Counted from the stretch's first letter, positions 8,057 to 16,571 are shown. The stretch is DNA of 18,209 nt from Verrucomicrobiota bacterium (GCA_038209745.1 JBBQXJ010000092.1:1-18209), one strand, 5' to 3'. The notes: generated from the sequence alone by a model not told the origin. A program made the numbers and translations.

Positions 8057-9067
8057 CTAGGGGTGGTAGGGAGTGCCCTTGTATTTGTCCGGCGTGGGCA
8101 CGAGTGCGTCCACTGCGGCCAGATCGGAGCCATCGCGTCCGGCCGCCAGCTTGGCCGCGTTTTCCCCGACCGTGCCGGCCATCTTGGTCAAAGCGGCGCT
8201 GTTGTTGGGCTTAAGTTCGGCGGCGGTGACCAGATCGATCATCGCCTTGACCTCGACCACGGCGGGAGCAGCTTTCAAAATGGTTTCCAGATTCGTCTTG
8301 GCGGCGTTGACCCGGTCGATCATGGCCTTCGAGTAGATCCCGTCCACGGTCGCGTTGGCCAACCCGCGCAGACCGTATTCGAGATCCAGCGACCTCCCTA
8401 CGATGTAGAGCATCCTCTTCCGTGCCGCGGAATCCTCGTCGTTCGTTTTTCCGGCAGATTTTTGGAGATTGTGGCGCACTTCGCCTGAAAGCCAGGAGAC
8501 CAGTTCAAAGTCGCTGCCGGCTTTATGGCCGGCCACGTTGACCAGCTTCTCTTCAGGCACGGTGTGGCAGGAGAAGCAGTTGGCCGCGACGTGGTAGTAG
8601 TTGGAAGGCCGCAGCATTCCGAGCTTCTCAGCCTTGGTCAGCCTATCCGGATCATCCTTGTTGTTATGGACCTTGTTCCAGTCCGTTCCAGCCGAGTGGC
8701 AGGACTCACAGGAGATGCCGGAAATGGCGACGACCTTGTCGTCTTTCTGTTGCGACGTGTAGTGGCACTTCACGCAAAGGCTTTCGTCTTTGATGCGGCG
8801 CATCCCCAGCTTCTGCGCGATTTCCTTCGCTTCGGGACGCCGGTGCATGGAGTTGAACGTGTCGTAGTGATGCGTGAGCTTCCAAGCTTCCACCATCGGG
8901 GCGTGGCATTCGGCGCAGTTTTCAGCGCCAAGAATCTTGGTAGGGTCGGCGCGATAGAGCCCTTCGGCTGCGATTCCATCCAACGACAGGATCCCGCACA
9001 AAGCCGCTGCCAAGAGGCGCACGTGAGACAAGAATTTTACCGGTCGGATATTGGTTTGTGAGCTCAT
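8057..9067 (-). CDS. Periplasmic tetraheme cytochrome c (cytochrome c554-like family)
   Basis: Sec-type signal peptide; 4 CxxCH (GAENCAECH, CVKCH, GISCESCH, CFSCH); AGHKAGSDFE motif; Ala-rich, probably helical, C-terminal domain. Confidence 0.88.
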   Translation of the reverse strand: MSSQTNIRPVKFLSHVRLLAAALCGILSLDGIAAEGLYRADPTKILGAENCAECHAPMVEAWKLTHHYDTFNSMHRRPEAKEIAQKLGMRRIKDESLCVKCHYTSQQKDDKVVAISGISCESCHSAGTDWNKVHNNKDDPDRLTKAEKLGMLRPSNYYHVAANCFSCHTVPEEKLVNVAGHKAGSDFELVSWLSGEVRHNLQKSAGKTNDEDSAARKRMLYIVGRSLDLEYGLRGLANATVDGIYSKAMIDRVNAAKTNLETILKAAPAVVEVKAMIDLVTAAELKPNNSAALTKMAGTVGENAAKLAAGRDGSDLAAVDALVPTPDKYKGTPYHP

Positions 9068-9112
9068 TTGAAGCGTGGTTCGCTGGTTTCCGTTGATGTC
9101 GGCAGAATTGTT

Positions 9113-10372
9113 TTAGGCCTCCAGAATCAGATTCTCTTCAGGAACGCAGATGCACGTCAGGCAACTGCCTTCCTCGACTTCGCATCCTGGTTCTTTGAGA
9201 TACCTGACCTTGCCCGATTTGATCGCGGTCTTGCACGTCCCGCAGCTGCCCGCGCGGCAGCCAAAGCCTATGGCGATGTCTTCCGCGAGAGCGAAATCCA
9301 GCAGTGAATCGGCCTGGCCGTTCCAGTTCGTGGTCTTGTTGGAGCGGGAAAAGGTGACCGGAATGGCGGCTGCGGCCGGCACGGTTCCGGGTTCGGCCGC
9401 GGCTTTCTTGACGCTCGCGGGTCCGAACGCCTCCATGTGGATCTTGGGTTTGGGAACTTCCCAAGAGAGCAGCGCCTCGTTCATGCCGCTCATCATTTCC
9501 CCGGGGCCACAGAGATAGAAATCGAAGTTGTTCGACGGAAGAACCTTCTTGAGAAGGTTCAAATCCAGCCGGCCCTCATGATGGAAATCTCGGTCCGCGA
9601 GATCGTCTTCTCCGGGACGGCTGTAGCAAACGTGGAGATGGATGAACGGATTCTCGCGGGCCACCGCTTCCACATGGGCCTTCATCATGTGCTCTGCGCT
9701 GTTGCGTGCGGCAAAGAAGAACCAGACTTCCCGTTGCGGGCCCGCTTCTACGATCTCATTCAACATGCCCAAGACAGGGGTCAGCCCAACGCCGCCGCCG
9801 ATCAAGACCACCGGGTTTGTCCGGCTCATGTCGAGGTAGAAGGCGCCGCCTGGAGCCTTCACATCCACGATATCCCCTTCTTTCAGGGTTCCGTGGAAGA
9901 AGTTGGAAACGAGCCCCGGCTTGCCGTTGGGATCCTTGGGCGGCGCCGGAATGCGCTTGATCGTGACGCGATAGTAGTCGGGGCGCGGCCGGTCCGAGAG
10001 GGAGTAGCAGCGGACCACCCGGTTCCGCTGGCCTGGAATATCGAGTTCAAAGGTCAGATATTGGCCGGGTAGGAACGAGGGGAGGGGCCTTTTGTCGTGG
10101 GGGACAAGGTAGAACGAGCGGACATCCCGACACTCCTCGACGATGCGCTGGATCATGAACTTGCGGGTGCCGTTCCATGGAGCGTGGCTTTCCTGTCGTT
10201 TCAGCTGAAGGCGAGCGAGCTCGATCTTTCGGCTGAAAAGGTCCGACTCCATTCGCTGTAGCGCGCCGGTCGTGACGATTCGACGCAACGAGATGACGAT
10301 GGTTGAAGCCAGCTGCACTGCCACTAGCAGCGCTAGGGCGATCGCAAGATAGATCAGGGTCGTTGGCAGCAT
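9113..10372 (-). CDS. FNR-family FAD/NAD(P)-binding oxidoreductase with C-terminal [2Fe-2S] ferredoxin (PaaE/Hcr/PDR-like) and an N-terminal membrane anchor
   Basis: FLPGQYL, RCYSLS, GLVSNFFH, GGGVGLTP, FYLCGP and HMEAFG motifs; 2Fe-2S motif CRAGSCGTC...CLTC; hydrophobic N-terminus LIYLAIALALLVAVQLASTIVISL. Confidence 0.92.
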   Translation of the reverse strand: MLPTTLIYLAIALALLVAVQLASTIVISLRRIVTTGALQRMESDLFSRKIELARLQLKRQESHAPWNGTRKFMIQRIVEECRDVRSFYLVPHDKRPLPSFLPGQYLTFELDIPGQRNRVVRCYSLSDRPRPDYYRVTIKRIPAPPKDPNGKPGLVSNFFHGTLKEGDIVDVKAPGGAFYLDMSRTNPVVLIGGGVGLTPVLGMLNEIVEAGPQREVWFFFAARNSAEHMMKAHVEAVARENPFIHLHVCYSRPGEDDLADRDFHHEGRLDLNLLKKVLPSNNFDFYLCGPGEMMSGMNEALLSWEVPKPKIHMEAFGPASVKKAAAEPGTVPAAAAIPVTFSRSNKTTNWNGQADSLLDFALAEDIAIGFGCRAGSCGTCKTAIKSGKVRYLKEPGCEVEEGSCLTCICVPEENLILEA

Positions 10373-10390
10373 GGCTAGTGGATCGAGGCC

Positions 10391-11818
10391 TCAGAATTTA
10401 ACCTGCAATTCCATCCGGCCACCATAGATCTCGCGAGAATTGTCCTGAAGACCGCCGAAGGTGTCGAACCGGACGATATAGCGGCGGCCCAGAGCCTGCT
10501 GGATACGGATGCCCGTTGCGACGGCGCTCTGGGTGTTGCCGCTGGTCGGTGTGCGTCCCCCAAGCTCGAAGGTCAGTTGACGTCGGCGAAGCTCTCCGAA
10601 GAACATCTGGTATCCCAGCGCGCCGCCGGCGGCGTTTTGAGGATAGCTGCTCAGAGCACTGCCGTAGTGCCCAAGGCCGACTGCGTTGAACAAGATGCCA
10701 ACCCGCCCAAGAGGACCGCCGGAGATCGGGCTCCGATCCGCCGAGGAGAATCCATCAATGCCCCAGAAACCGTTTAAATAAGCGATGTCTTGGCCGTAGG
10801 ACGGCGTCAGGGACATTTCAGCGAACAGCAGGGTGCCTGTTTCGACTTTCGGGGACTCGATGTCCAAGGCGATGGACTGGGCCACGCGGAAGGTCGTGTT
10901 GATCTTTCCGAAACGTCGCGTCATCCCCAACCCGAGGAAGAGTCCGTCGCTTCCACCGCTGGACGGGACGTAGACCACGTCGCCTTGGAAGGTCGACTCG
11001 GGATAGTCGGCCGCGATGTCCAAGCCGATCAGTTTCGCGTCGTGATCCCGGATGTTGTTGGATCGGTCGATCTCGCTCCAGCCAAAGATCGCCGAAGCGC
11101 GGAGAGTCGATCCCCCGATGGGAAGGATCGAGTTCTTGGTGAGCGATACGAGGTCGATCGCCTCGTCCTGGACGATCAGTCCGTCCTGCAGGGTCAGAGG
11201 TTGGCGGCCGACTGAAATACCGATGTCGAGCGGGTATTTGTCGCTTTGGTCAAGTTTTGGGAAGATTTCCCCGAACTCTCCCTCGAAAAACAGGGTGCGT
11301 GGTCTGAACGTGTTGCCGCCGAAATCTTGATTCCAGCCCTGACCGCCCTTGGGCTCAAAAGTATAGCCCGTGAATTGTCCGTTCTGCTCAAGGGGCCGGA
11401 TTCCGACGACGATTCGCTCGGTGGCGGCCAAAAAGAGGTTTCCGTAGAGGTTCAGATTGTTGGCCCACTCGGTTATCCGACCCGTGCCATTTTGATAGGT
11501 CTGAACCGCCGTGCGGTAGTCGCCGTAGACCCAAAACGACGGATGCCAGACGGCTCCCGTGGGGAGGGTGAAAGCATGGCGAATGTTGCCGGTCCCGAGA
11601 AATGCGTCCCCCCACTCGATCAAGGGAGCTGGCCGTGCGGGGAAGGTGTCGATCTGCAGCGGCTTTGCCTCGTCGGAGAATCTGCTGGAATCGTCACTGT
11701 GGGATTCAGAGGACGATGTGGGTTCCGAGGCTCCGGCGGAGCAAGTGGCCGTTGCCGCGACGAGGCAGATTTGAAGTCCGTGCCCCAGAAGTGACGACGT
11801 GCTATTCGGTTTTCGCAT
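10391..11818 (-). CDS. Putative outer-membrane beta-barrel (porin-like) protein
   Basis: Signal-peptide-like N-terminus; many alternating amphipathic strands (LIGLDIAADY, FQGDVVYV, LFLGLGMTRR, LTFELGGR, VATGIRIQQ, YIVRFDTFGG); C-terminal beta-signal GGRMELQVKF ending in Phe; no CxxCH. Confidence 0.75.
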   Translation of the reverse strand: MRKPNSTSSLLGHGLQICLVAATATCSAGASEPTSSSESHSDDSSRFSDEAKPLQIDTFPARPAPLIEWGDAFLGTGNIRHAFTLPTGAVWHPSFWVYGDYRTAVQTYQNGTGRITEWANNLNLYGNLFLAATERIVVGIRPLEQNGQFTGYTFEPKGGQGWNQDFGGNTFRPRTLFFEGEFGEIFPKLDQSDKYPLDIGISVGRQPLTLQDGLIVQDEAIDLVSLTKNSILPIGGSTLRASAIFGWSEIDRSNNIRDHDAKLIGLDIAADYPESTFQGDVVYVPSSGGSDGLFLGLGMTRRFGKINTTFRVAQSIALDIESPKVETGTLLFAEMSLTPSYGQDIAYLNGFWGIDGFSSADRSPISGGPLGRVGILFNAVGLGHYGSALSSYPQNAAGGALGYQMFFGELRRRQLTFELGGRTPTSGNTQSAVATGIRIQQALGRRYIVRFDTFGGLQDNSREIYGGRMELQVKF

Positions 11819-13724
11819 AGGATTGGTCCGAATTGGGAATTTCAGCGAGGTTAAGAGTCTGTTTGGTTCCGTTCAGAGGAATGGAAACCTGCTTTTTCCA
11901 CAGAACGGAGTGGCCACCTTTTACGGCGTCGGCGACGTCTCGTGGGCTCATGTTGTAGTCGAAACCGACTACCTGGATCTCTGTGATAAGGTTGATCGGC
12001 ACCATGCCGGCCTTGACCTCGATGTCCACGTTGTACGGTCCGTCACCGGTCAGTTCCTTGCGGCTGAGCGCGTATTTTGCCCAGCGATGGCCCAAGGGTT
12101 CGATGCCGCGGCGCTGGATGCGGGCGCCGTTTGGTCGTCCTTGGAGGATTGTGGAAAACGGCTCAGGGCGGATGAAGGGCAATGGATCGACCGAGTAGTT
12201 GATGGCGAGAACCTGCTCCCGTTCGCTGCCGCGGAGATTCAGGGTGATGAACTTGGACTGGAGGCTGAACAGGTATTTGTCCAGTGGCAGTGTGCCGTGG
12301 TGCACATAGGAGGAATGCAGGTCCCGGACGTCCCCGTTCGGATCGAGATCGCCGGATTCAAAGACGGTCTTGCCTGCTTGGTCCTTGACCGTGACATGAA
12401 GCCAGAGGGGCCGCTCGGCATCGAAGCCGGTTGGCGCGTTGTGGCCGTCCGTCGCGTTGTTGAACTTGATGGCAAACTTGATCCCGTTCTTGTCTGCTTT
12501 GCTCACCACGAAATCGGTCAGTTGATAGGCCGCCCGCAGCAACTTCACCCTCTCCTTCTGGAGTTCGGCCAAAAGCTTGAACTGGTCGTTCAAGATGGCC
12601 CGCGCATCATAACGGTCGTCCACCGACTCCCAGCGTTTGGGAAATTTTGCTCCGGCCTTGACCGTATCCTCAAATTTATCGATGCCCCATCCGGCCTTGT
12701 AGTCGAAAGTCAGCCACTCGCGCATGGTTGCGAGGGCGGCTGCCTTGTCGTTGTGGGGAAAGAATCCCGGATGGACGATCGAGTAGTCCGGACCTGGGAA
12801 CATATGGCTGGTCAGCTTGCGGGGTTCGGTCGGCACGCCTCCGACGATGGCTGCGGGTCCCATTGCGTAGCCGGATTTTTTGCCTTGTTCCAGGCCCATG
12901 TGGCAGTCCTGACAAGTGGTCCCAGCGAGGGAAGCGGGAGAGTTCTTGAATGAGCTGAACGCCTCCTCGAGGCGGAACCCGTTCATCAAGGTGACATCGT
13001 GGCAGGTGCCGCAAAACGCGGATTCAGTGAGCTGGAAGAACTTCTTGGCGTCGGTGTGGATCTTTCGGCCCTGAGTCACATTGTTCGTCACGACCCGGTA
13101 GACCTTGGGCTCGCCGAGGACGCGCATCAGCTCCTTGTTGCCCGTCGGTCCGTAAACCGGAGCCAGAATGTCACCCTTTTCGAGGGCAAACCGTCCGCTC
13201 ACCTTGCCGTATGGGGTGTTCATCCGGTGGCAGACGATGCAGGTGATGCCCTCGCGCGATGTCGGGGTGCGGTCCATGTTGCTCATGAAGGTGGACTCTC
13301 CGAGGTTCATGCCCACTTGGGTGTGGCAGCGGATGCAGAAGTCGCCGTTCGAGCCGCTGGTCAGCTTGGTGATCGTCGCCTGCATGGCATTGAACACCGG
13401 GCTCAACTGGGCGTAGGCGTGGGACGAGACGGACCATTCGCGGTAGTGGTTCGGATGGCAGGTGCGGCATGTCGCCGCCGACGGATACGAATCTTCGACG
13501 AACAGATTTTCGTGGGCGGCGAAGGAATCGATCTTCTCGGCTCCTGCGGCGGGTTTTCCGGAGCCTGCCTGGGCCAGGATATACTCAACCAGTCCGTCCT
13601 TCTTGCCTTCGGGCGAATCCAACTGTCCCGCGCTCGACGGCGTATTGAACAGCAAGGGAAGGAGCAGCAATGATGCGAATCGGAGTGCCACGAACTCTCG
13701 TTGCCTGGTAGATAGTGTTTTCAT
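11802..13724 (-). CDS. Periplasmic pentaheme cytochrome c (c554/c552-like heme domain plus a large C-terminal beta-rich domain)
   Basis: Signal peptide (FASLLLLPLLFNTPSSA); 5 CxxCH (CRTCH, CIRCH, EGITCIVCH, CGTCH, CQDCHM); WSVSSHA, SHMFPG and GHNAPTG motifs typical of such multiheme proteins. Confidence 0.9.
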   Translation of the reverse strand: MKTLSTRQREFVALRFASLLLLPLLFNTPSSAGQLDSPEGKKDGLVEYILAQAGSGKPAAGAEKIDSFAAHENLFVEDSYPSAATCRTCHPNHYREWSVSSHAYAQLSPVFNAMQATITKLTSGSNGDFCIRCHTQVGMNLGESTFMSNMDRTPTSREGITCIVCHRMNTPYGKVSGRFALEKGDILAPVYGPTGNKELMRVLGEPKVYRVVTNNVTQGRKIHTDAKKFFQLTESAFCGTCHDVTLMNGFRLEEAFSSFKNSPASLAGTTCQDCHMGLEQGKKSGYAMGPAAIVGGVPTEPRKLTSHMFPGPDYSIVHPGFFPHNDKAAALATMREWLTFDYKAGWGIDKFEDTVKAGAKFPKRWESVDDRYDARAILNDQFKLLAELQKERVKLLRAAYQLTDFVVSKADKNGIKFAIKFNNATDGHNAPTGFDAERPLWLHVTVKDQAGKTVFESGDLDPNGDVRDLHSSYVHHGTLPLDKYLFSLQSKFITLNLRGSEREQVLAINYSVDPLPFIRPEPFSTILQGRPNGARIQRRGIEPLGHRWAKYALSRKELTGDGPYNVDIEVKAGMVPINLITEIQVVGFDYNMSPRDVADAVKGGHSVLWKKQVSIPLNGTKQTLNLAEIPNSDQSYAKTE

Positions 13725-13734
13725 GGTGACTGTG

Positions 13735-13777
13735 ATTGTTCGGCGTTTCTCAGCGGCTCAAAGTCGACCAAAATCAA
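13735..13777 (-). promoter_or_regulatory. Putative FNR/Crp-family box with class II promoter geometry upstream of the redox operon
   Basis: Minus strand TTGAT-TTTG-GTCGA (13777-13764; 8/10 match to TTGAT-N4-ATCAA) and a -10-like AACAAT (13740-13735). The box centre falls about 42.5 nt upstream of the implied start near 13728. Confidence 0.4.
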
Positions 13778-14021
13778 TCGGCATCCGCCCAAAGGGCGGA
13801 GTAAGCCGAGGAACGTCGGGATTCGATTTGAAATCTTCGCCACTTTGCCCTGAAGGCGGACGAGATCGGCATAGGTCGTTCTCAATGGGCGGAGCCCGAA
13901 TTCGGTTTGAATATCGGACGGTTCCCGCCACAGCTGAAACATCGCGGCGAAGACATCCTGGCGATGGATTGGATTCTTAGGAAACCATCGGTGAAGCCGC
14001 AACTTTTCTCTTGAAGGGATT

Positions 14022-14081
14022 CTAGGTGTGGAGGCTCAGGAGGTTGTTCATGAGGAGACGGAGCCGTGAGACGGGCGGGCG
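14022..14081 (-). mobile_element. IS481-family right-end remnant (terminal inverted repeat and CTAG target)
   Basis: Plus strand CTAGG-TGTGGAGGCTCAGGAGGTTGT resembles IS481 termini (TGT end, CTAG-containing target). The encoded tail RPPVSRLRLLMNNLLSLHT* resembles IS481 transposase C-termini (P-I-S-R-L...N-L-L-x-x-H-S/T*, stop inside CTAG). Confidence 0.7.
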
Positions 14082-14846
14082 GAAGCTGCGGGCCTTGCGC
14101 TTGACGGCGGAGAAGACGCGGTTGAGAGCTTCGAGGAGGGCGTTGGTCGTTTCGCGTAACCAGTGCGCTATGACGCCCTCGAGGTGCCGTTCGATCATCC
14201 GTGCGGTTTTCGCCCTAGCCGCAAACAGCGCGGCCGCATGCTTGCCGGCGGTCCAGCGCACCCGAAGGCACCAGGCGCGCCGTTTGCGCCGGGCCAGCGC
14301 GACGTCCGGGATCGCATAGATGGCTGGGAGGATCCCCCGCATCTGGGGCGCCTTCACGCTCGTTAGATTGCTTTTCAGCAGTCCGGCGTAACGCGCCGCC
14401 TGCGCGACGAGATTCGCGCGCACCCCGGCGATGTAGGCCGGACCCATCTCGATCGAGACCTCCGTGATCGTCCGCGGAGGGCCGTTGTGTTCGCCGAGCG
14501 CGGTGACGAAGGCGCCCCACGTGGCCGCGTCCTTGCCCGGCGTGGCGAAGCGCACGCGTCTGCCGATCAGGTCGCAAAACACGCCGACGTAATGGTGCGC
14601 TTTGCGCACGCTCAACTGGTCGCACCCTACGCAGACCACTCCGCTCCAATCCACCTTGGGCCACGCCGCCTCGCCGGCCGCGATGCTTTCCCCATTCCAC
14701 CGCTCGGGCGTCTCCTTGATCCACAACCGCGCCACTCCATCCAGTTCGCCCCGCGCGGTGCCCGCATTCGGCGCATACTCGCAGCGCGTCACCCGCCAGT
14801 GCCGGCCCAAACCGTGAAGTTCGTGAAACAATTGCTCAGGTGTCAT
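14022..14846 (-). pseudogene. Degenerate ISL3 transposase fused in frame to an IS481 transposase tail
   Basis: VGCDQLSVRKAHHYVGVFCDL (usual GxDE...RKGHxY), EVSIEMGPAYIAGV (usual SxDM), TTNALLEALN...KRKARSFR (usual TNAxxEGxN...ARGFR). Only 274 aa; the zinc-finger/HTH region and the DxFH segment are missing. Confidence 0.8.
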
Positions 14847-14899
14847 CCCTCCTGCCGGTCACGCTCCCGCCCGCTACCCCTTGAAAACAGCGAGGAACC
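14079..14899 (-). mobile_element. ISL3-family insertion sequence remnant (left end kept, internally deleted, right end lost)
   Basis: Probable left end GGTTCCTCGCTGTTTTCAAG starting at 14899 on the minus strand, followed by ISL3 transposase motifs; no matching right inverted repeat found. Confidence 0.75.
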
Positions 14900-14901
14900 G
14901 G

Positions 14902-14941
14902 ACGAAACATCCCGGCCGTCCAATCAGGAACAGCCGGGACG
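14902..14941 (-). terminator. Possible intrinsic terminator downstream of gatA
   Basis: Minus strand CGTCCCGGCTGTTCC-TGATT-GGACGGCCGGGATG: about 14-bp stem with G-U pairs and one bulge, followed by a short TTTCGT tract. Confidence 0.45.
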
Positions 14942-15072
14942 ATCAGACAAAGATAGAGCCATCATACGGACTACGGGCGGTGGTTGGTAAAACAGAGACA
15001 AGCCCCACTCCCGTGGCCGCAGGCCGGGTGAGGAGACGCTCTCCGTTCAACCGATCTATTCCCGTATCTGGA

Positions 15073-16527
15073 TCAGATCACCGGCCGCTCCTTGTGCCAC
15101 GGGGTCGCCTGCTCGTAGGCGTGGGCGACCTGGAGGATCGTTTCTTCTCCGAACGGTTTCCCAAGGATCTGAAGGCCGATCGGGAGCTTGGGCGACGCGG
15201 TGAAGCCGCAGGGCAGGCTCAGACCGGGGATGCCGGCGAGGTTGCAGGAGATGGTGAAGATGTCGCTCAGATACATCTGGAGCGGATCGTCGGACTTCTC
15301 GCCGATCTTGAAGGCGGCGGTCGGCGTGGTCGGCGTGATGATCGCGTCGACCTTTTCAAAGGCGTTGAGGAAGTCCTGGCGAATGAGGGTGCGGACCTTT
15401 TGCGCACGGAGGTAATAGGCGTCGTAGTAGCCGCTGCTGAGCACGTAGGTGCCGAGGATGATGCGGCGCTTCACTTCGGGACCGAAGCCCTGGCCGCGGG
15501 TGTTGCCATAGAGCTTCTCCGGCGAATCGCCCTCGACGCGGGCGCCGTAGCGGACGCCGTCGAAGCGCGCGAGATTCGAGGACGCCTCGGCCGTGGCGAT
15601 GATGTAGTAGACGGCGACGGCGTATTGGGTGTGGGGCAGCGAGATCTCGACGATCTCCGCGCCCAGTTCCTTGAGCTTGGCCACGGCGGCATCGACGCTG
15701 GCCTTCACCTCGGGATCGAGGCCTTCGACCATGTATTCCTTCGGCAGACCGAGCTTCAGACCCTTGATGCTCTGGCCGAGCGCGGCGGTGTAGTCGGGCA
15801 CCGGTTGGTCCACGCTGCTGGAGTCGCGCACGTCGCGGCCGCTGATGGCGCCGAGCATGGCGGCGGCATCGCGCACGTCCTTGGTGAAGGGCCCGATCTG
15901 GTCGAGCGAGGAGGCGAAGGCGACAAGTCCGTAGCGGGACACACGACCATAAGTGGGCTTCAAGCCGACGCAGCCGCAGAGCGCGGCCGGCTGGCGGATG
16001 GAACCGCCGGTGTCGCTGCCGAGCGTGGCGAAGGCTTCATCTGCCGCGACCGCCGCAGCGGAACCGCCGGAGGAACCGCCCGGAATGCGGCTGGTGTCCC
16101 AGGGGTTCTTGGTCGTCTGGAAAGCCGAGTTCTCGGTCGAGCTGCCCATGGCGAACTCGTCCATGTTCAAGCGGCCAAAGATGACGGCGCCGGCGGCCTT
16201 CAGCTTCTCGATGACGGTGGCGTCGTAGGGCGAAACGAAGTTGCCGAGAATCTTGGAGGAGCAGTTCAGCGGATGTCCTTTGACGTTGAGCACGTCTTTG
16301 ATGGCGATGGGCACACCGAGGAGCGGTCCGCGTTCACCGGCGGCCAACCGCTGGTCGGCGGCGGCGGCCTGGGCGAGGGCATCGGCCGCGTCGTGGCTCA
16401 GGAAGGCCTGGATCTTGCCGTCGACGGCGGCGATGCGGTCGAGGCAGGCCTGGGTGGCCTGGACGGAGGTCGTTTCGCCGGCGGCAAGCTGGGCTGCGAG
16501 TTCGGAAATGGTCAGGGAATGGAGCAT
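15073..16527 (-). CDS. gatA: Asp-tRNA(Asn)/Glu-tRNA(Gln) amidotransferase subunit A
   Basis: Amidase signature [52 protein letters not shown]; GatA-specific [13 protein letters not shown] and [22 protein letters not shown]. Confidence 0.98.
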   Translation of the reverse strand: MLHSLTISELAAQLAAGETTSVQATQACLDRIAAVDGKIQAFLSHDAADALAQAAAADQRLAAGERGPLLGVPIAIKDVLNVKGHPLNCSSKILGNFVSPYDATVIEKLKAAGAVIFGRLNMDEFAMGSSTENSAFQTTKNPWDTSRIPGGSSGGSAAAVAADEAFATLGSDTGGSIRQPAALCGCVGLKPTYGRVSRYGLVAFASSLDQIGPFTKDVRDAAAMLGAISGRDVRDSSSVDQPVPDYTAALGQSIKGLKLGLPKEYMVEGLDPEVKASVDAAVAKLKELGAEIVEISLPHTQYAVAVYYIIATAEASSNLARFDGVRYGARVEGDSPEKLYGNTRGQGFGPEVKRRIILGTYVLSSGYYDAYYLRAQKVRTLIRQDFLNAFEKVDAIITPTTPTAAFKIGEKSDDPLQMYLSDIFTISCNLAGIPGLSLPCGFTASPKLPIGLQILGKPFGEETILQVAHAYEQATPWHKERPVI

Positions 16528-16571
16528 GGGAGAATCAATTCAATTGAAGGAAGGCAACCCTCTGGGAGTGC

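Noticed and set aside
11799..12953. 384-aa plus-strand ORF and the other plus-strand ORFs across 3217-13980
   Set aside because: All lie antisense to well-supported minus-strand operon genes and lack motifs.
3274..13724. Naming the cytochromes mtrA, mtrC, nrfA or hao
   Set aside because: Heme counts, spacing and anchors do not fit: no CxxCK, no octaheme protein, the decaheme is TM-anchored and split, and the barrel is much shorter than MtrB.
13721..14002. 93-aa minus-strand ORF ending at the operon start
   Set aside because: TTG start, no motifs, and it covers the probable promoter region; treated as spurious, though not formally excluded.
13971..14026. Imperfect direct repeat GGATTCTTAGG / GGATTCTAGG
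   Set aside because: Short, and both copies are on the same side of the IS remnant, so they cannot be a target-site duplication.
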